Assembly (NCBI RefSeq): GCF_009914755.1
Contig: NC_060930.1
DNA length: 64,000 nucleotides
DNA from: the human T2T-CHM13v2.0 reference genome, Homo sapiens
Strand: one strand, 5' to 3'
The notes below the pieces were generated by a model, which searched no databases, had not been told where the DNA came from, and saw only the letters and a program-made list of their open reading frames with translations. This document shows positions 12,676 through 25,303 of the stretch, one piece after another (position 1 is the stretch's first letter; each line of letters opens with the position of its first letter). The position numbers and the translations under genes were made by a program.

Positions 12676-13178
12676 CTAAAATCACAAAAACACTGCTTTA
12701 TGCATATATGCAGAAACACATGTCTTAACCAAAAGAATCCAATTCCTCCAGCAGAACCACTTATTCAATAGTCTAATGCATTTTAATACCTATGAAATGA
12801 CAGGCCATGTTCTAGGCCTGAGAATGCATTTTTAAAAAGCTAATTTTTTCCCTACTTAACTGAGGCTATCAGACCAATTTTAAGTTTGCTATCATATTCT
12901 CTGTCCCAGAGAGAATATCCTCAATACATTTTTTAAAAACTGAAATTTTAAAGAAGTCCAAAGGAAAACCAAATATGACAGTTATTTAGATTTATAGCCC
13001 TACTTCTAAAGATTAATTAATATTAAGTTAGAATTGAAATTTTTTCAGCAAAAGATGATTTTTTTTCTCCCCAAGAGCACTGGAAAACACCTCCTGACTT
13101 ACATTAAATAGGTTCACAATGAATTAGATCAAATAAAGGGTAAGTAGAGTACCCAAGTAAAAAAAAGCTTATACTCAC

Positions 13179-13517
13179 TTTTTTAAATAATGCAATAAAT
13201 TATCTAAAATTAAATTTGTATTGATAGTATCAGAGTATTCAAATCTGATGATTGCTTTCCTCTTCACTGACAGTTTACTTTCTTCAAGTGTCAGTCATTC
13301 TTTAGATTTTATGACACAAAAGTAAATTTAACTTGAAAAAATATTTTAAGGCTCTTAAGAAATATAGCATTGAAAAACTGATTTTAAAAAAGTTGATTAA
13401 GAGTCAGTCCAACACTTAAGCTCCTGGAAAACACATAAAACCTGGTGAGAGATATTGGTTAATCTCCAGAATGGTGTCAATAGGGTGTATAAACTAAGTG
13501 CAGTTTGGCACAAGATA
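13179..13517 (-). pseudogene. Pseudo-exon
   Basis: acceptor gcctctag|, donor aa|gtgagt; YLVPNCT*FIHPIDTILEINQYLSPGF ... KAIIRFEYSDTINTNLILDNLLHYLK (frameshift between). Confidence 0.5.
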
Positions 13518-13921
13518 CTAGAGGCATTTTTTCATATTATATAATTCAAGGTGACGTTATAGAATTAATACCAAATACTCAAAGAAAGAAAAAAGAAAAC
13601 TATGACTGAAAGCCTAGGTATTTAGCTACATTTTTAGCATGATTTTTATATAAAAAAAAGAATATCCAGGCAAGCACACTAAGCACATTGAGTAAGTAAG
13701 GTTAAAATAAATGAAGTATGTAAATAATTTATTTTTCTGTGAAATACTGTGCAGTGTTATACAATTTACAGAGTACAGGGCATCACATATAAGTGTTTGA
13801 AATCTCATTAAAACATAATATGGGTCTACTGATAGATCAGCTAAAATCTGAATTCTAGAAAATATCTCTAATTTTGAATAATGAAGAAATAGACATTAAC
13901 ATCTATTACCTTATGGCTTAC

Positions 13922-13964
13922 CTGTTCCATGTGGCCCATGAGTTTATACTGTATTAGGACCTTC
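13922..13964 (-). pseudogene. 43-bp pseudo-exon
   Basis: strong acceptor tctattttattttccctcttggtag|, donor cag|gtaagc; open reading (W)KVLIQYKLMGHMEQ in phase with upstream exon. Confidence 0.65.
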
Positions 13965-14349
13965 CTACCAAGAGGGAAAATAAAATAGAACCTCCCAAGA
14001 GACTTGAAATTTTTCTAGCCTATTCCAGTTTAAATGTTATGTATTGCTTTTATGAACAAACATAAGGAAAATGCATTTTGGAACAAGAAAATAACAAAAG
14101 TAATCCAGTTCAAGGCTCTCATTTTATAGACAAATAAATTAAGCAACAGACAATCCTCCAACAGAAGTTACAAGAAGCATTATGATTTTCCTTCCCCCAT
14201 TCCATAATTAAAAGAGTTTGCAACTCTGCGGATCTAGCCACTTGGTATCATAATATCTGGCCATATTATAGCCTTGTGAGTAACCAGAAATTCTAGTTCT
14301 TCATAGAGTAATTTTCTGACTCTATTTAGCATCTTGTTTGATTACATAC

Positions 14350-14474
14350 CAAAGGGAGATGTCATATTCCACTGCCCTGATTTTAATCTGAGCAAAACTG
14401 AATTTTTTAAAAAAGAATTGTCAGTCTGGAGACATATTGGATAACAACCACTCCAGACAGCTTAGGTGATATGT
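14350..14474 (-). pseudogene. Pseudo-exon, SEA-like helix/strand
   Basis: acceptor atatctttcag|, donor tg|gtatgt; removing one base from the T6 run gives ISPKLSGVVVIQYVSRLTILFKKFSFAQIKIRAVEYDISL. Confidence 0.65.
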
Positions 14475-14882
14475 CTGAAAGATATTTGGTTTCTTACCAA
14501 AAACATAGCCCAAGACTCTAATTGTAGTTATCTTCTTTTGAGAAATGGATGGTAAATGACAAGATGATACTAAACCCTCATAACACAAAGTCATGAAATT
14601 TATTGATTCACCTCAAAACTGCTGGAGTTTTCATATGTCAGGGCTTTCAAGTAGTAGTGTACTGTCTGTATATCATGCACGTTAAGGTTTTATTAAAAAT
14701 TCAATGAAATATTTATATCTCAGTTATAAACCCCTTATGGGTAGATGAATGCAATCAAGACATAGTGATTTTCCAATGTGAGTTTTATACATAGACCAGT
14801 TTGTCATGGCAATGGATGTTTTTTGGTTTTTAAAAAGACAGCAGTTTTTAAATGTCCTACTTCTTACATGGGAATGACTTAC

Positions 14883-16219
14883 GCGACTGCTGTTTCAATA
14901 CTTCAGCTTCCCCAACCCAGTCCCCAGGCCCCTCCTGAGCTGAAGAATAAAACTGATTTACCAGAGAATTCCCATAGGACTTGTTTCAAATTTCCCTGGG
15001 TAATTCAGAAATAATTTTAAATTTCTCTAGGTAATTCAGAAATAATTTCATAATAATGCATAATAAAATTCATGGAGATTTTAAAGTAACAAGGCTTTCT
15101 GTTAAAATTCCCAAGATAACATCTCTTACAGTAATTCCATTGTGTAAGTACAAAGACAATTGTCAGTAATTCCAAATGATGTCGATATTTGAAGATAGGA
15201 GTTATCTATCTCTCTCTCCTGAATTCCACGAACAGGACTGCCATCCTGCTCCTCTTCAGGGAGCAGATTTCACAGAGAATAGAAAGCTAATCATACCTTA
15301 GGAATAGAGACACTGAAATCCTGGCCAAGGGACTCATTAAAGGTTAAAAGTCACATCGGAAAACTCAGTTATAGATTTAAAAATATTTAAATGACTATAT
15401 CTTCTTAGAAAGTTTCTTAAGAATTTGAGAGGTTTTATGTGCTGCCTTAAGTACCAATAAAATCTGGAATAAACAGGTTTCTTCCCAAACAGCTTTTTTT
15501 GTTTACAATAAACATCAGTATTTGATCTGAGAATGTTTTGGCTAGGTCTCCTTTAAGTACTTTTAAACAATATTCAGTGCTATGGATACTGAGACAAAAC
15601 ATAACAAAATCTAAAAGAAGAGCAGTAAACTCAATATTCTTTTCCAAGTTATTGCTTCTTGAGTTTCTTCATAAAACACAAATTTTCAACATCATCACTG
15701 AAGCCCGCTTTACAAAGGGCAAGTGGATGGGAGTAACCAAACATGATCTCTAACTTATTTCTGTTCCACCTCTGAATATTTCTGCTGATAATCTTTTTTC
15801 CTTCTAGTTTTAAAATACTGATAGTAATCTAATAAAATGGTACCTTAATTTCTATCTTTTTTTGAATAATTTACAGTTCTTCATAGAAATTTTAGAAAGC
15901 CACAAATCATTCACACATACACAAATTTAAAATATTGTCATTAGTATTTCCTATCTTTCATTCTTTCATAAAGAAAAGGTAATGTCTTTAAAAATAGTAA
16001 GTCAAGACTTAATATCCCAATATTCTCTTCTATAACAAAGTTCAACTTTTCAAGTTCATTTTAGCAAGCCTTTCTTCATGTTTTTGCAAAACATTCACCA
16101 TAATCCCCATATTATCCATCTGCATTTATACTTTCATAAGGTCAATGCTGAGCAGCTCTTCGAGAAGGTCTAAATCGACAAGTTAGGTTGCTAAGGCAGC
16201 AATAACTTGACAAACGAAC
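14883..16219 (-). pseudogene. Large pseudo-exon (possibly two)
   Basis: acceptor gttccttaaaacag|, donor c|gtaagt; protein-like pieces in shifting frames incl. FNESLGQDFSVSIPK and PCYFKISMNFIMHYYEII. Confidence 0.5.
14988..15049. repeat. 31-bp tandem duplication
   Basis: aaatttccctgggtaattcagaaataatttt / aaatttctctaggtaattcagaaataatttc, 3 mismatches. Confidence 0.9.
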
Positions 16220-16578
16220 CTGTTTTAAGGAACATATACAATTTTAATTGATGACATTCCCAGATTCTCACAAAGAATATCACCTGTCTATCTATTGTTT
16301 TCTTTAGTCCTTGAATTTTCTTCATTTAAGTTTGGGGAGGTAGAGAATAATGAGGAGAAAGATAATCTCATACAACCATTCATCAGTAAAGACAGACAGA
16401 GTAAACATATTTGAAGTGGGGGATGGTATTCAACATCCTGACAGAAAATTCAAATCAGATCGTCTTTATATCACAATTTGAAAAATCGATTTCTAGAAGT
16501 AGGTTAGGACAAGGGGAAACTATAAAATAATTTTTTATAGAGACAGTAAAACTCTTCTACATTCTCTTAATATTTTAC

Positions 16579-17628
16579 CATCTTTTAGTCTTGTATTGTT
16601 TAAACTTCCAGGGAGTTTGAAGTCTCCGAAAGCAAGGCCAAATACTGTGCATTGACATTGCCCCTTCAGAAGTGTCCTTCGCTTGTCCTACCATTATAGT
16701 AGTGTCATTGCAGAACGGCAAAGTCTGACATTGGCTATTTTTTCTGGAGAGCCAAATAATCAACCTCAGTAAATGGTGTTGATGTAACCAGCCTTCCTTG
16801 TACTTCTCGCCTTTCCTTCCCAACCTGCATTATAAATTAAATTGATTTCATCTTCAGTCTCGCCTTTCTAAGCTGATTTTTCACAGATTAATTCTAGACA
16901 CAACAGAGTGGTAGTTGAGACCTTGAAATAAAACTTGAAAGTGGTGAGCAAAATGTATAGGAATTCCAGATTTTGCATTTCTCTTTGCCTTTTATTTTTG
17001 TCTAAAAAAGAAGGAACTTTCTAACTGCCTTCTTCTAATGCTGGCATTGAGCAAGTCTTTAAATTCCTCTGAAAACATGAAATTACAACTTCTAGTATAA
17101 CTCATATCACCATTTCTTAAATCGCATTCTCTTTGACACATTTATTATTTTATGGTTGCATTGCTAGATATCTCCATTACTGCACTAATTATCTCAAGTC
17201 TAGCAGAACTTTTTAATCTAAAGAAAGGTGTGCTTGCTGTCTCACAGATGATTTCATGGAGGCCAGAACAAGGAACTGTATTTGCTGGAAGTATGCTAGT
17301 TAGTCATTTATTTAGCTTAAAGGATGATGTAGCTTTAGAAATAAAAGCAATTCCTGCACTCATTTCTCAGCATTCACTGGTGCCAGAAAATAGGTGGGAA
17401 ACTTGGCTGTTAGGATAGCTGGTATTTTCCTGGACAATTTCCAAAATTTGGATGAGTTGTTATTAAAAGCAAAGTCTGTCTGGTTTACATAGACATAAAA
17501 GTTGTGGTTATACATCTAGCACAAGAATTCTCAATAATTCTTGATATTTCTGAATATTTTGGCTAGTTTTCCAAATTAGCCCTCTTAGGGGCTAAATGAA
17601 CTAACCTTAGTTTTTCTTAAGATTTCGT
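16579..17628 (-). pseudogene. Large pseudo-exon (alternative internal acceptor at 16824)
   Basis: donor atg|gtaaaa, acceptor tatattag|; low-stop frame LEIVQENTSYPNSQ...SCNFMFSEEFKDLLNASIRRRQLE; KAGYINTIY in another frame; the 82-aa track ORF 16575-16823 lies here. Confidence 0.5.
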
Positions 17629-18201
17629 CTAATATACATAATTAAAATAAATAGATGTCTAAACATGAATGAAGAACAAAGATTAAATTCATGAAAGTTG
17701 GTAATATTACTTAGATAAAATTAACTTTCTGTAAGTTATACCTTTTTTCCCTGTTCTATGTACCTTCAGTAACTATTTTCAAATAATATTAATGTACTAA
17801 TTCCAAAGCACAATGCTGGACATTGGAAAGACCAGAAAGACATAAAAAGTACAATGCCTGGCTGCAAGTCTCTTACATTCTGTTAAAGGATAACATAGTT
17901 GATCAAAAAGTGGTATAAAATGCAATAAATGCCATCTGCACAGTGAAAGCAAATACTATTATTCAAAAGAGGGCACAATTCCTTTCACTTAGGAGAGCAA
18001 GAGTGATCAATATTTTGTAATTGACTCTTAAGTAATATAAAGACTTTAATAGACAAAAGCCTCAGTGGGTAGCATTTCAGGTGAAGAAAGGAGTATAAAA
18101 AAAAGGTAAACCAAACAAAAATAAAACAAAACAAAACCAGGAGAGGATACACATAAATTAATGTGTAGTTTAGCTCAAAATCCAAAGCCTAACATAGGAC
18201 A

Positions 18202-18790
18202 TTGTTCAGGTACGCTATTGCTGTGTAATCTGTAGCATATCACCTGAAAACTCAATGGCTCAAAACAGCAGTGATGTTATTGTCTATAATGGTTTCTGTA
18301 GGTCAAAAATTGGAGGCAGGCTTGGCTAGACAGAACAGGCTCAGAGTCTCTGCTGAGGTTTCAGTCAGAGAGAGGCTGGAGCTGGAAAGTGGGGGCTGCA
18401 GCAGCTGAGGGCTGGCAGGGCATCTGTCTCCCTTCACCTAGTGTCTGGTCCTATCCATGTGGTCACTCCGTATGGGCTAGTTTGGGCTTCTTCACAGTAT
18501 GGTGGTCCCTGGGTGGCCAAATTGCTTATGATGTGACTGAAGGCTCCTAGAGCAACTCTAGGGCACTGTGTGAAAGTTGTATCATCTTTTGTGACTTAGT
18601 CTGAGTCCTGCAGAATCCCCGCAGTGTTACTTATGCAACATCCCATCGTTTACCAGCAGGTCACAAATCTGCCTCGACTCAAAGGGAAAGGAATTAGATT
18701 ATCTTTCATTGGTGAGGCAGTGGCAAGGTACTATAAGGGTATGTGAGGCAGAAAATAGTGTTTCTGTCTTTGGAAAATGTAATCGGCTAC
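18202..18790 (-). mobile_element. MLT1 (G/H-like) LTR
   Basis: ctattgctgtgtaa...aaaactcaatggctcaaaaca start and ggaaaatgtaatcggctaca end. Confidence 0.75.
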
Positions 18791-19079
18791 AAACAATTTG
18801 TAACCTGGTCCCAGCTAACATTTTCCAGGTTGAATTCTATTTCTTCATGTACAACCATGTATCTCCTGCCACGGAGAACTATTTGAGATTCCAAAATATT
18901 GAGATGCTTTTGCATATCCCCTTGCCATTGAGATTATTGTTACTATTGTTACTCTGCATGAATTGTCCTTTTTTTTATGTCTCCCCACCAAAATCCTATT
19001 CAGCTTCAGCAAACACCTGTTCTAGATACAGCCTTCTCTGGCTCCTTCACAAAGCCAGTGTATTCCTGTGGTTCAGAGG

Positions 19080-19572
19080 ATTTTTTATTTTTTATTTTTT
19101 TTACTTTTTGGATTCATTGGGATAAGATATATATAATATAAAATTTACTATGTTCAACATTTTCAAACTGTACAGTTCAGTGGCATTAAGTATATTCACG
19201 TTGTTGTACAGCCATTAACCATTGTTCATCTCCAGAAAATGTTTATCACCCCAAACAAAAACTCTGTACCTATTAAAAAAATAGCTCCCCATTACTCCTC
19301 CCTCCAAATCCTGGTAAATACTATTCTACTTTACGTCTCTATGAATTTGACCATTTTAAGTAGTTCAGATAGGTGGAATCATACAATACTTGTCCTTTTG
19401 TTACTGGCTTAGCATAATATCACCTACCCTAATGTTTTCCAGGAGGCATCCATGTTAGAGCATGTGTCAGAATTTCATTATTTTAAGGCTGAATAATATT
19501 TTATTGGATGTATATGTGACATTTTATTTATGCATTTGTCATTGATGACCATTTGGATTGTTTACTCCTTTT
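19080..19572 (-). mobile_element. L1MB-type 3'UTR
   Basis: tgtacagttcagtggcattaagtatattcacgttgttgtacagccatt antisense L1MB 3' end with T-rich tail. Confidence 0.8.
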
Positions 19573-19574
19573 CT

Positions 19575-20830
19575 AAATCTTACCCATTCTCTCTAACTGT
19601 ATTTTTTGTATCCATTAACCATTCCTACTTTATCCCCATCTCCCCACTACCCTTCCCAGCTTCTGATAACTTTCCTCCCACTCTCCATCATCATGAGTTT
19701 AGTAATTTTACATTTCTAACTCCCACATATGAATGAGAACACGCTTAATTGGTCTTTCTGTGCCTGACGTATTTCACTCAGTATAATGTCCTCCAATTCC
19801 ATCCACGTGATTGCAAATGACAGGATCTCATTATTTCTTATGGCTGAATAATATTCAATAGTGTAAGTTTACCATATTTGCTTTATCCATACATCTGTTG
19901 ATGGACACAGGTTGATTCCATATCTTGGCTATTGTAAATAATGCTGCAATAAACATGGGAGTGCAGATCCCTCTTTGATATACTGATTTTCTTTCTTTTG
20001 GTTATACATACACAGCAGTGAGATTGCTGGATTATGTGGTAGTTCTATTTGTAGTTTTTTGAGGAACCTTCATATCGTTCTCACAAGTGGCTGTACTAAT
20101 TTACATTTATACTAACAGCATATGAGAGTTCCCCTTCCTCCTCATCCTTGCCAGCATTTGTTCTTGCCTGACATTTGGATAAAAGCTATTTTAACTGGAG
20201 TGAGACAATATCTCATAGTTTTTATTTGCATTTATCTGATGATTAGTGATATTGAGCTTATTTTTATATAACTGTTGGCCATCTCCTCTTTTGAGAAATG
20301 GCTAATCAGATCTTTTTCTCATTTCTAAATTGGATTATTTGATTTTTCTATTAAGTTATTTGAGTTCTTTATATACTCTGGTTATTAATCCCTTGTCAGA
20401 TAGATAGTTTGCAAGTATTTTTCACCCATTCTGTGGGTTTTCTGTTCACTTTGTTGATTATTTCCTTTGCCGTGCAGAAGCTGTTTATGATGTAATCCTT
20501 GATATGGTTCTTGATTCTTGAGGTGATCCTATTTGTCCGTTTTTTACCTTGGTTGTCTATACTTTTGAGGTATTACTCAAGAAATCTTTGCCTAAACCAA
20601 TGTCTTGGAGTGTTTCCTCAATGTTTACTTCTAATAAAATTGTAGTGTCATGTGTTAGATTTAAGTATTTTAATCTATTTTTATTTGATTTTTTTACACA
20701 GGGCAAGAAATAGGCATCTAGTTTCATTCTTCTGTATACAGATATCTGGTTTTCCCAGGACCAATTATTGAAGAGACTGCCCTTTCCCCAGTGTATGCTC
20801 TTGGCACCTTTGTCAAAAGTGAACTCACTA
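19575..20830 (-). mobile_element. L1MA-type 3'UTR and ORF2 end
   Basis: ccccactacccttcccagc 3'UTR motif followed by antisense ORF2. Confidence 0.8.
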
Positions 20831-22130
20831 TAGTTTCAGGTCTTAGATTTAAGTCCTTAATCCATCTTGAGTTGATTTTTGTATAAGGTGAGAGATGAGG
20901 ATCCAGTTCCTTTCTCCTGCATGTGGCTAGCCAATTATCCCAGCATCATTTGTTGAAAAGGGTGTCTTTTCCCCACTTTATGTTTTTGTTTGTTTTGTCA
21001 AAGATCAGTTGGCTGTAAGTATTTGGGCTTATTTCTGGGTGCTCTATTCTGTTCCATTGGTCTATATGCCTATATTTATACCAGTACCATGGTGTTTTGG
21101 TGACTATGGCCTTATAGTACAGTTTGAAATCAGGTAATATGATGCCTCCAGATTTGCTCTTCTTGCTTATTCTTCCTTTGGTTATATGGGTTCCTTTTTG
21201 GTTCCACATGAATTTTAGAATTGTTTTTTCTGATTCTGTGAAGAATGATGGTGGTATTTTGATGGGAATTGCATTGAGTTTGTAGATTGTTTTTGGCAGT
21301 ATGGTCATTTTCACAATATTTATTCTACCCATCCATGAGCATGGGATGTGTTTCCATTTCTTTGTGTCATCCATGATTTCTTTTAGCAGTGTTTTGTAGT
21401 TTTCCTTGTAGAGTTATTTTACCTCCTTAGCTAGGTATATTCTTAAGTATTTTATTTTATTTTTTTTTTTTGCAACTATGGTAAAAGGGGTCGAGTTATT
21501 GATTTGATTCTCAGCTTGGTCACTGTTGGTGTATAGAAGAACTACTAATTTGTGTACAATGATTTTGTATCCAGAAACTTTGCTGAATTCTTTCATCAGT
21601 TCTAGGAGCTTTCTGGAGTCGTCTTTAGGGTTTTTCGGTAAATGGTTATATCATCAGAAAACAGCGACAGTTTGTCTTCCTCTTTACCGATTTAGAAGCC
21701 CTTTATTTCTTTCTGTTGCCTGATTGCTCTGGCTAGGACTTCCAGTACTATATTGAAGAGTGGTGAGAGTGGGCATCCTTGTCTTGTTCCAGTTTTCAGA
21801 GGAAATGCTTTCAACTTTTCCCCATTCAGTATGATGTCGGCTGTGGGTTTGTCATAGATGGCTTTTATTATATTGAGGTATGTCCCTTTGTATGCTTATT
21901 TTGCTGAGAGTTTTAATCATAAAGGGATGCTGGATTTTGTCAAATGTTTTTTCTGCATCTATTGAGATGATCACATGATTTTTGTTTTTGATTCTGTTTA
22001 TGTGGTGTATTACATTTATTGACTGGCGTATGTTAAACCATCCCTGCATCCCTGGTGTGAAACCCACCTGATTATGGTGGATTATCTTTTTGATATGTTG
22101 TTGGATTCAGTTAGCTAGTATTTTGTTAAG
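20830..22130 (-). mobile_element. L1PB-type ORF2 fragment (RT region)
   Basis: track ORFs 20946-21374, 21414-21596 and 21852-22067 translate to L1 ORF2 ([30 protein letters not shown]). Confidence 0.9.
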
Positions 22131-22213
22131 AACCTAGAACATAATAGAAGTTCAATAAAGATATATTGAATACTATATAGTAAACAACTGAGAGAATGTT
22201 CATAGCATATGAC

Positions 22214-22974
22214 CTGTTTGTGGCCTTCAATCCCTTTTTGTGAAAGGCTTTCTCAATTATTTGATCTGAATTTGAAATCTTCATTCTATAAATAGATCAG
22301 AATGTACTAGATGCTGCAACAAATACAGCTGAAAGAAGGCCTGATTTCCAAGACTTCATATTTTAAAATTGAGGTTTAATTCTTCAATAAAGTTTGAGAA
22401 AAAAAGATTCACAGAAAACAAGTATAGATTTATTTCATGTTTAAAATACTGCGGCTTTCTAGAAATTGGGTTATGATTAAATTCTTAAGCTATACAAATA
22501 TAGTTTATCTTTTTCCTATAAATATATGTATTACAGTAAGTTGTGCTATGTTTAACTTGATCATTTATCAACTCTTTAGGCTGTAAGAAGTATCATCAAG
22601 CATAGGAGCTTTGAATTTAGAAGTTATATCATAATTGAGTTCCAATATTAATGGATATGCTCTAAGTAAAAGTAAAAAGGAAAATATTAGATTCTAAGAA
22701 AGTGAGGGGAAGTTATCTTGGTGGCTACCGGATAATCAACATAATAGACTGGGACACCAATTAACAACAACAACTGCAAAATGTCACTTTGTAGTTCAGA
22801 ACTAAAAACTTCAGGATTTTATTCATATATAAAATCTATGTGTAGTGGGGAAAAAAGGAAACATATGCTTTTTATTGAATTTGCTGAACAGGAAAAAGAA
22901 AAGATTTTCAAGTAAGATTTCCTGATAATAAGTTTATTTTCTTTGGGTTTCTGAGATATGTTGATTAAAATATT
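22214..22974 (-). pseudogene. Pseudo-exon, CADG plus SEA-like unit
   Basis: acceptor atattgccag|, weak donor cag|gtcata; QLLLLIGVPVYYVD, PKELINDQVK (cf. DAG1 PALVLNDIHK) and NFIEELNLNFKI (cf. AFSNALEPDFKA). Confidence 0.55.
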
Positions 22975-23421
22975 CTGGCAATATATTATATAGAAAATAT
23001 AAAAATTAAGAGATGGTGGCCCCTAAAACCTTTCTGATACTCACTTACATTAGTTTGCAAAGTGTTGCTATGCATTTTTTGTTTGTTTCCACACTACAGC
23101 CAGACCCTAGAAGACTGCCTGACAAATCAAAAACATTTAATCAACAAATACCAATAAAGTGACTATTGGTTGAATGAGTAAGCCTAAAATTTGGCTTTTA
23201 AAATAGACATTTTATTATTTACAGTAGTAAAAAACCAAAACTACATAAATGCCTAACAATGTAAAGTGGCCAGATAAATTAGGGTACATGTACAAGGTAA
23301 AATATTTTAGTCATTAAAATTATGCTCTTGAAAAAAATTCAATAATGTCCAAAGTTGCCCAAAAGGTAATATGAACTGAAAAAATACAGATACATACATT
23401 TGAATGGTTTTAGCTTTCTTT

Positions 23422-23456
23422 TACACACACACATACACACACACACACACACACAC
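23422..23456. repeat. (CA)n microsatellite
   Basis: interrupted CA run. Confidence 0.95.
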
Positions 23457-23524
23457 GAATACTTTAAACATATGTGGATATATGTACAATATATATATAT
23501 GTCTATACACATATTTTCCACATA

Positions 23525-23943
23525 TGATGTGGTTCGGATGTTTGTCCCTTCCAAATCTCATGCTTAAATGTTATCCCCAGTGTTGGAGGTGTGACTTAAT
23601 GAGAGGTATCGTATTGTGGGGGCAGAACCCTCATGAATGGCTTAGCATTCATCGTCCCCTTGATGATGAGTTCTCACTCAGTTAGTTCATGTGAGAACTG
23701 ATCATTTAAAAGTGTCTGGGACCTCCCCCTTCTCTCTTTTTCTCCCTCTCGCCATGTGATGTTCTTGTTCCCTTTTCACCTGGCACCATGATTATAGGTT
23801 TCCTGAGGCCCTCACCAGAAGCTGAACAGATGTTGGTGCCACACTTGTATAGCCTGCAGAACTATAAGCCAAAATAAACCTCTTTTCTTTATAAATTACC
23901 CAGCCTCAGGTAATCTTTTATAGTAATACAAATGGACTTAAAA
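23525..23943 (+). mobile_element. MSTB-like solo LTR nested in an old L1ME 3' remnant
   Basis: tgatgtggttcggatgtttgtccc...ataaattacccagcctcaggt. Confidence 0.85.
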
Positions 23944-24120
23944 AGTATATATCTGGTCATGTTTTATCTGTACCGTTAAAAAATTAAAGTTCTATGTTTT
24001 ATAATACCATGTCACATAACCATTTCTGAGATTTAAGAGCAATACATTGTTATCATTATTTTACTTGCCAATAAGAAGAAGAAAAAGGAATGTGTTTATA
24101 CCAAAACAACTGTATATCCT

Positions 24121-24485
24121 TGATGTGGTTTGGCTGTGTCCCCCTCAAATCTTATCTTTAAATTGTAGCTCCCATAATTCCCAAGTGCTGTGGGAGGGAC
24201 CCAGTGGGAGATAATTGAATCATGGGGTTGGTTTCCCCCATACTCTTTTCATGGTAGTGAATAAGTCCCACAAGGTCTGATGATTTTATAAGGGGTTTCC
24301 CCTTTTGTTTGCCCCCCCTCATTTTCCCTTTGCCTGCCACCATGTAATATGTGCCATTCACTTTCCTCCATGATTGTGAGGTCTGCCCAGCCATGTGGAA
24401 CTGTGAGTTCGTGAAGTCTCTTTCCTTTATAAATTACCCAGTCTCAAGTATGTCTTTATCAGCAGTGTGAAAACAGATTAATTCA
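24121..24485 (+). mobile_element. THE1 solo LTR
   Basis: tgatgtggtttggctgtgtcccc...cagattaattca; 5-bp TSD atcct on both sides. Confidence 0.92.
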
Positions 24486-24696
24486 ATCCTGTAAGCAAGA
24501 TATCTGTGAAAAAGTAACTTTCAATGAAACTCTCAAAATTAACTTTGTGGGGCTAAAATTGCAGGTAGAATTCTTTCTTTTAATCACTTGAATAAAAAAA
24601 AACCTTAAGGACCTTAAAAAGTTACCACTTTATGAGAAAAGGAGAATTAGATGTATCAAAAATAAAATTTGAAATTTAAAACTCAGCCCACTTTAC

Positions 24697-25195
24697 CTGA
24701 TTTCAAGCAGACTATCAGCATAAATTAGATTTGAATTACTACAAACACATAGTTTTACAATGAAAGCTACAACATTCCTTATTATAAGAGAGTTTTATTT
24801 GGGGCTCAAATCTTTTAAATATTTTGTGTGTGGGATTCTCATCTAGACTGCTCATGAACGTAAAGAATTATAAATCTTGTTTTCTTGTAACAGTAATGAA
24901 TGAAGCAACTTAGCATAAGTTGTGTACTGGAGCAATGTAACAAAAATGAATATGAGATAACCTAATATTTTATAACATAACGAAACTGATGGGGGCTAAA
25001 GAAATCCTGTGACAAGCTGTATCCATAAGCAGTAACAGAGCAAATGCAAATAAAATGGCAATATAGTTTTATTGGACTGTAAACCACTAATATGGTGATG
25101 TAAAAAAAAAATGGCACTTCTGTGTGTGATTGTGTAGTGGATTATTATACATGGATTGACTTTTGCCACAGAAAACAATTATGCATCCTAGGATC
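24697..25195 (-). pseudogene. Pseudo-exon, SEA-like unit
   Basis: acceptor attcttatctag|, donor ag|gtaaag; PHTKYLKDLSPK*NSLII aligns ungapped with DAG1 PRPAFSNALEPDFKATSI; N-terminal part VFCGKSQSMYNNPL in another frame. Confidence 0.65.
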
Positions 25196-25303
25196 CTAGA
25201 TAAGAATGTATGTTATATGTACTTATAAAAATAAATATAATTAAATTAAATTTTTAATTAAAGATGTGAATAATGAAAAAATGTCACTACTATTTATAGA
25301 TAC

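Noticed and set aside
16575-16823. 82-aa open frame as an intact coding exon
   Set aside because: Neighbouring exons carry stops in all frames, and the DAG1-like motif is in another frame; an intact gene is not supported.
17152-17418. 88-aa plus-strand ORF with a hydrophobic start
   Set aside because: Better explained as the antisense shadow of the minus-strand fossil exon frame.
18709-19125. 138-aa ORF
   Set aside because: Runs across MLT1, L2-like and L1-tail boundaries; chance ORF.
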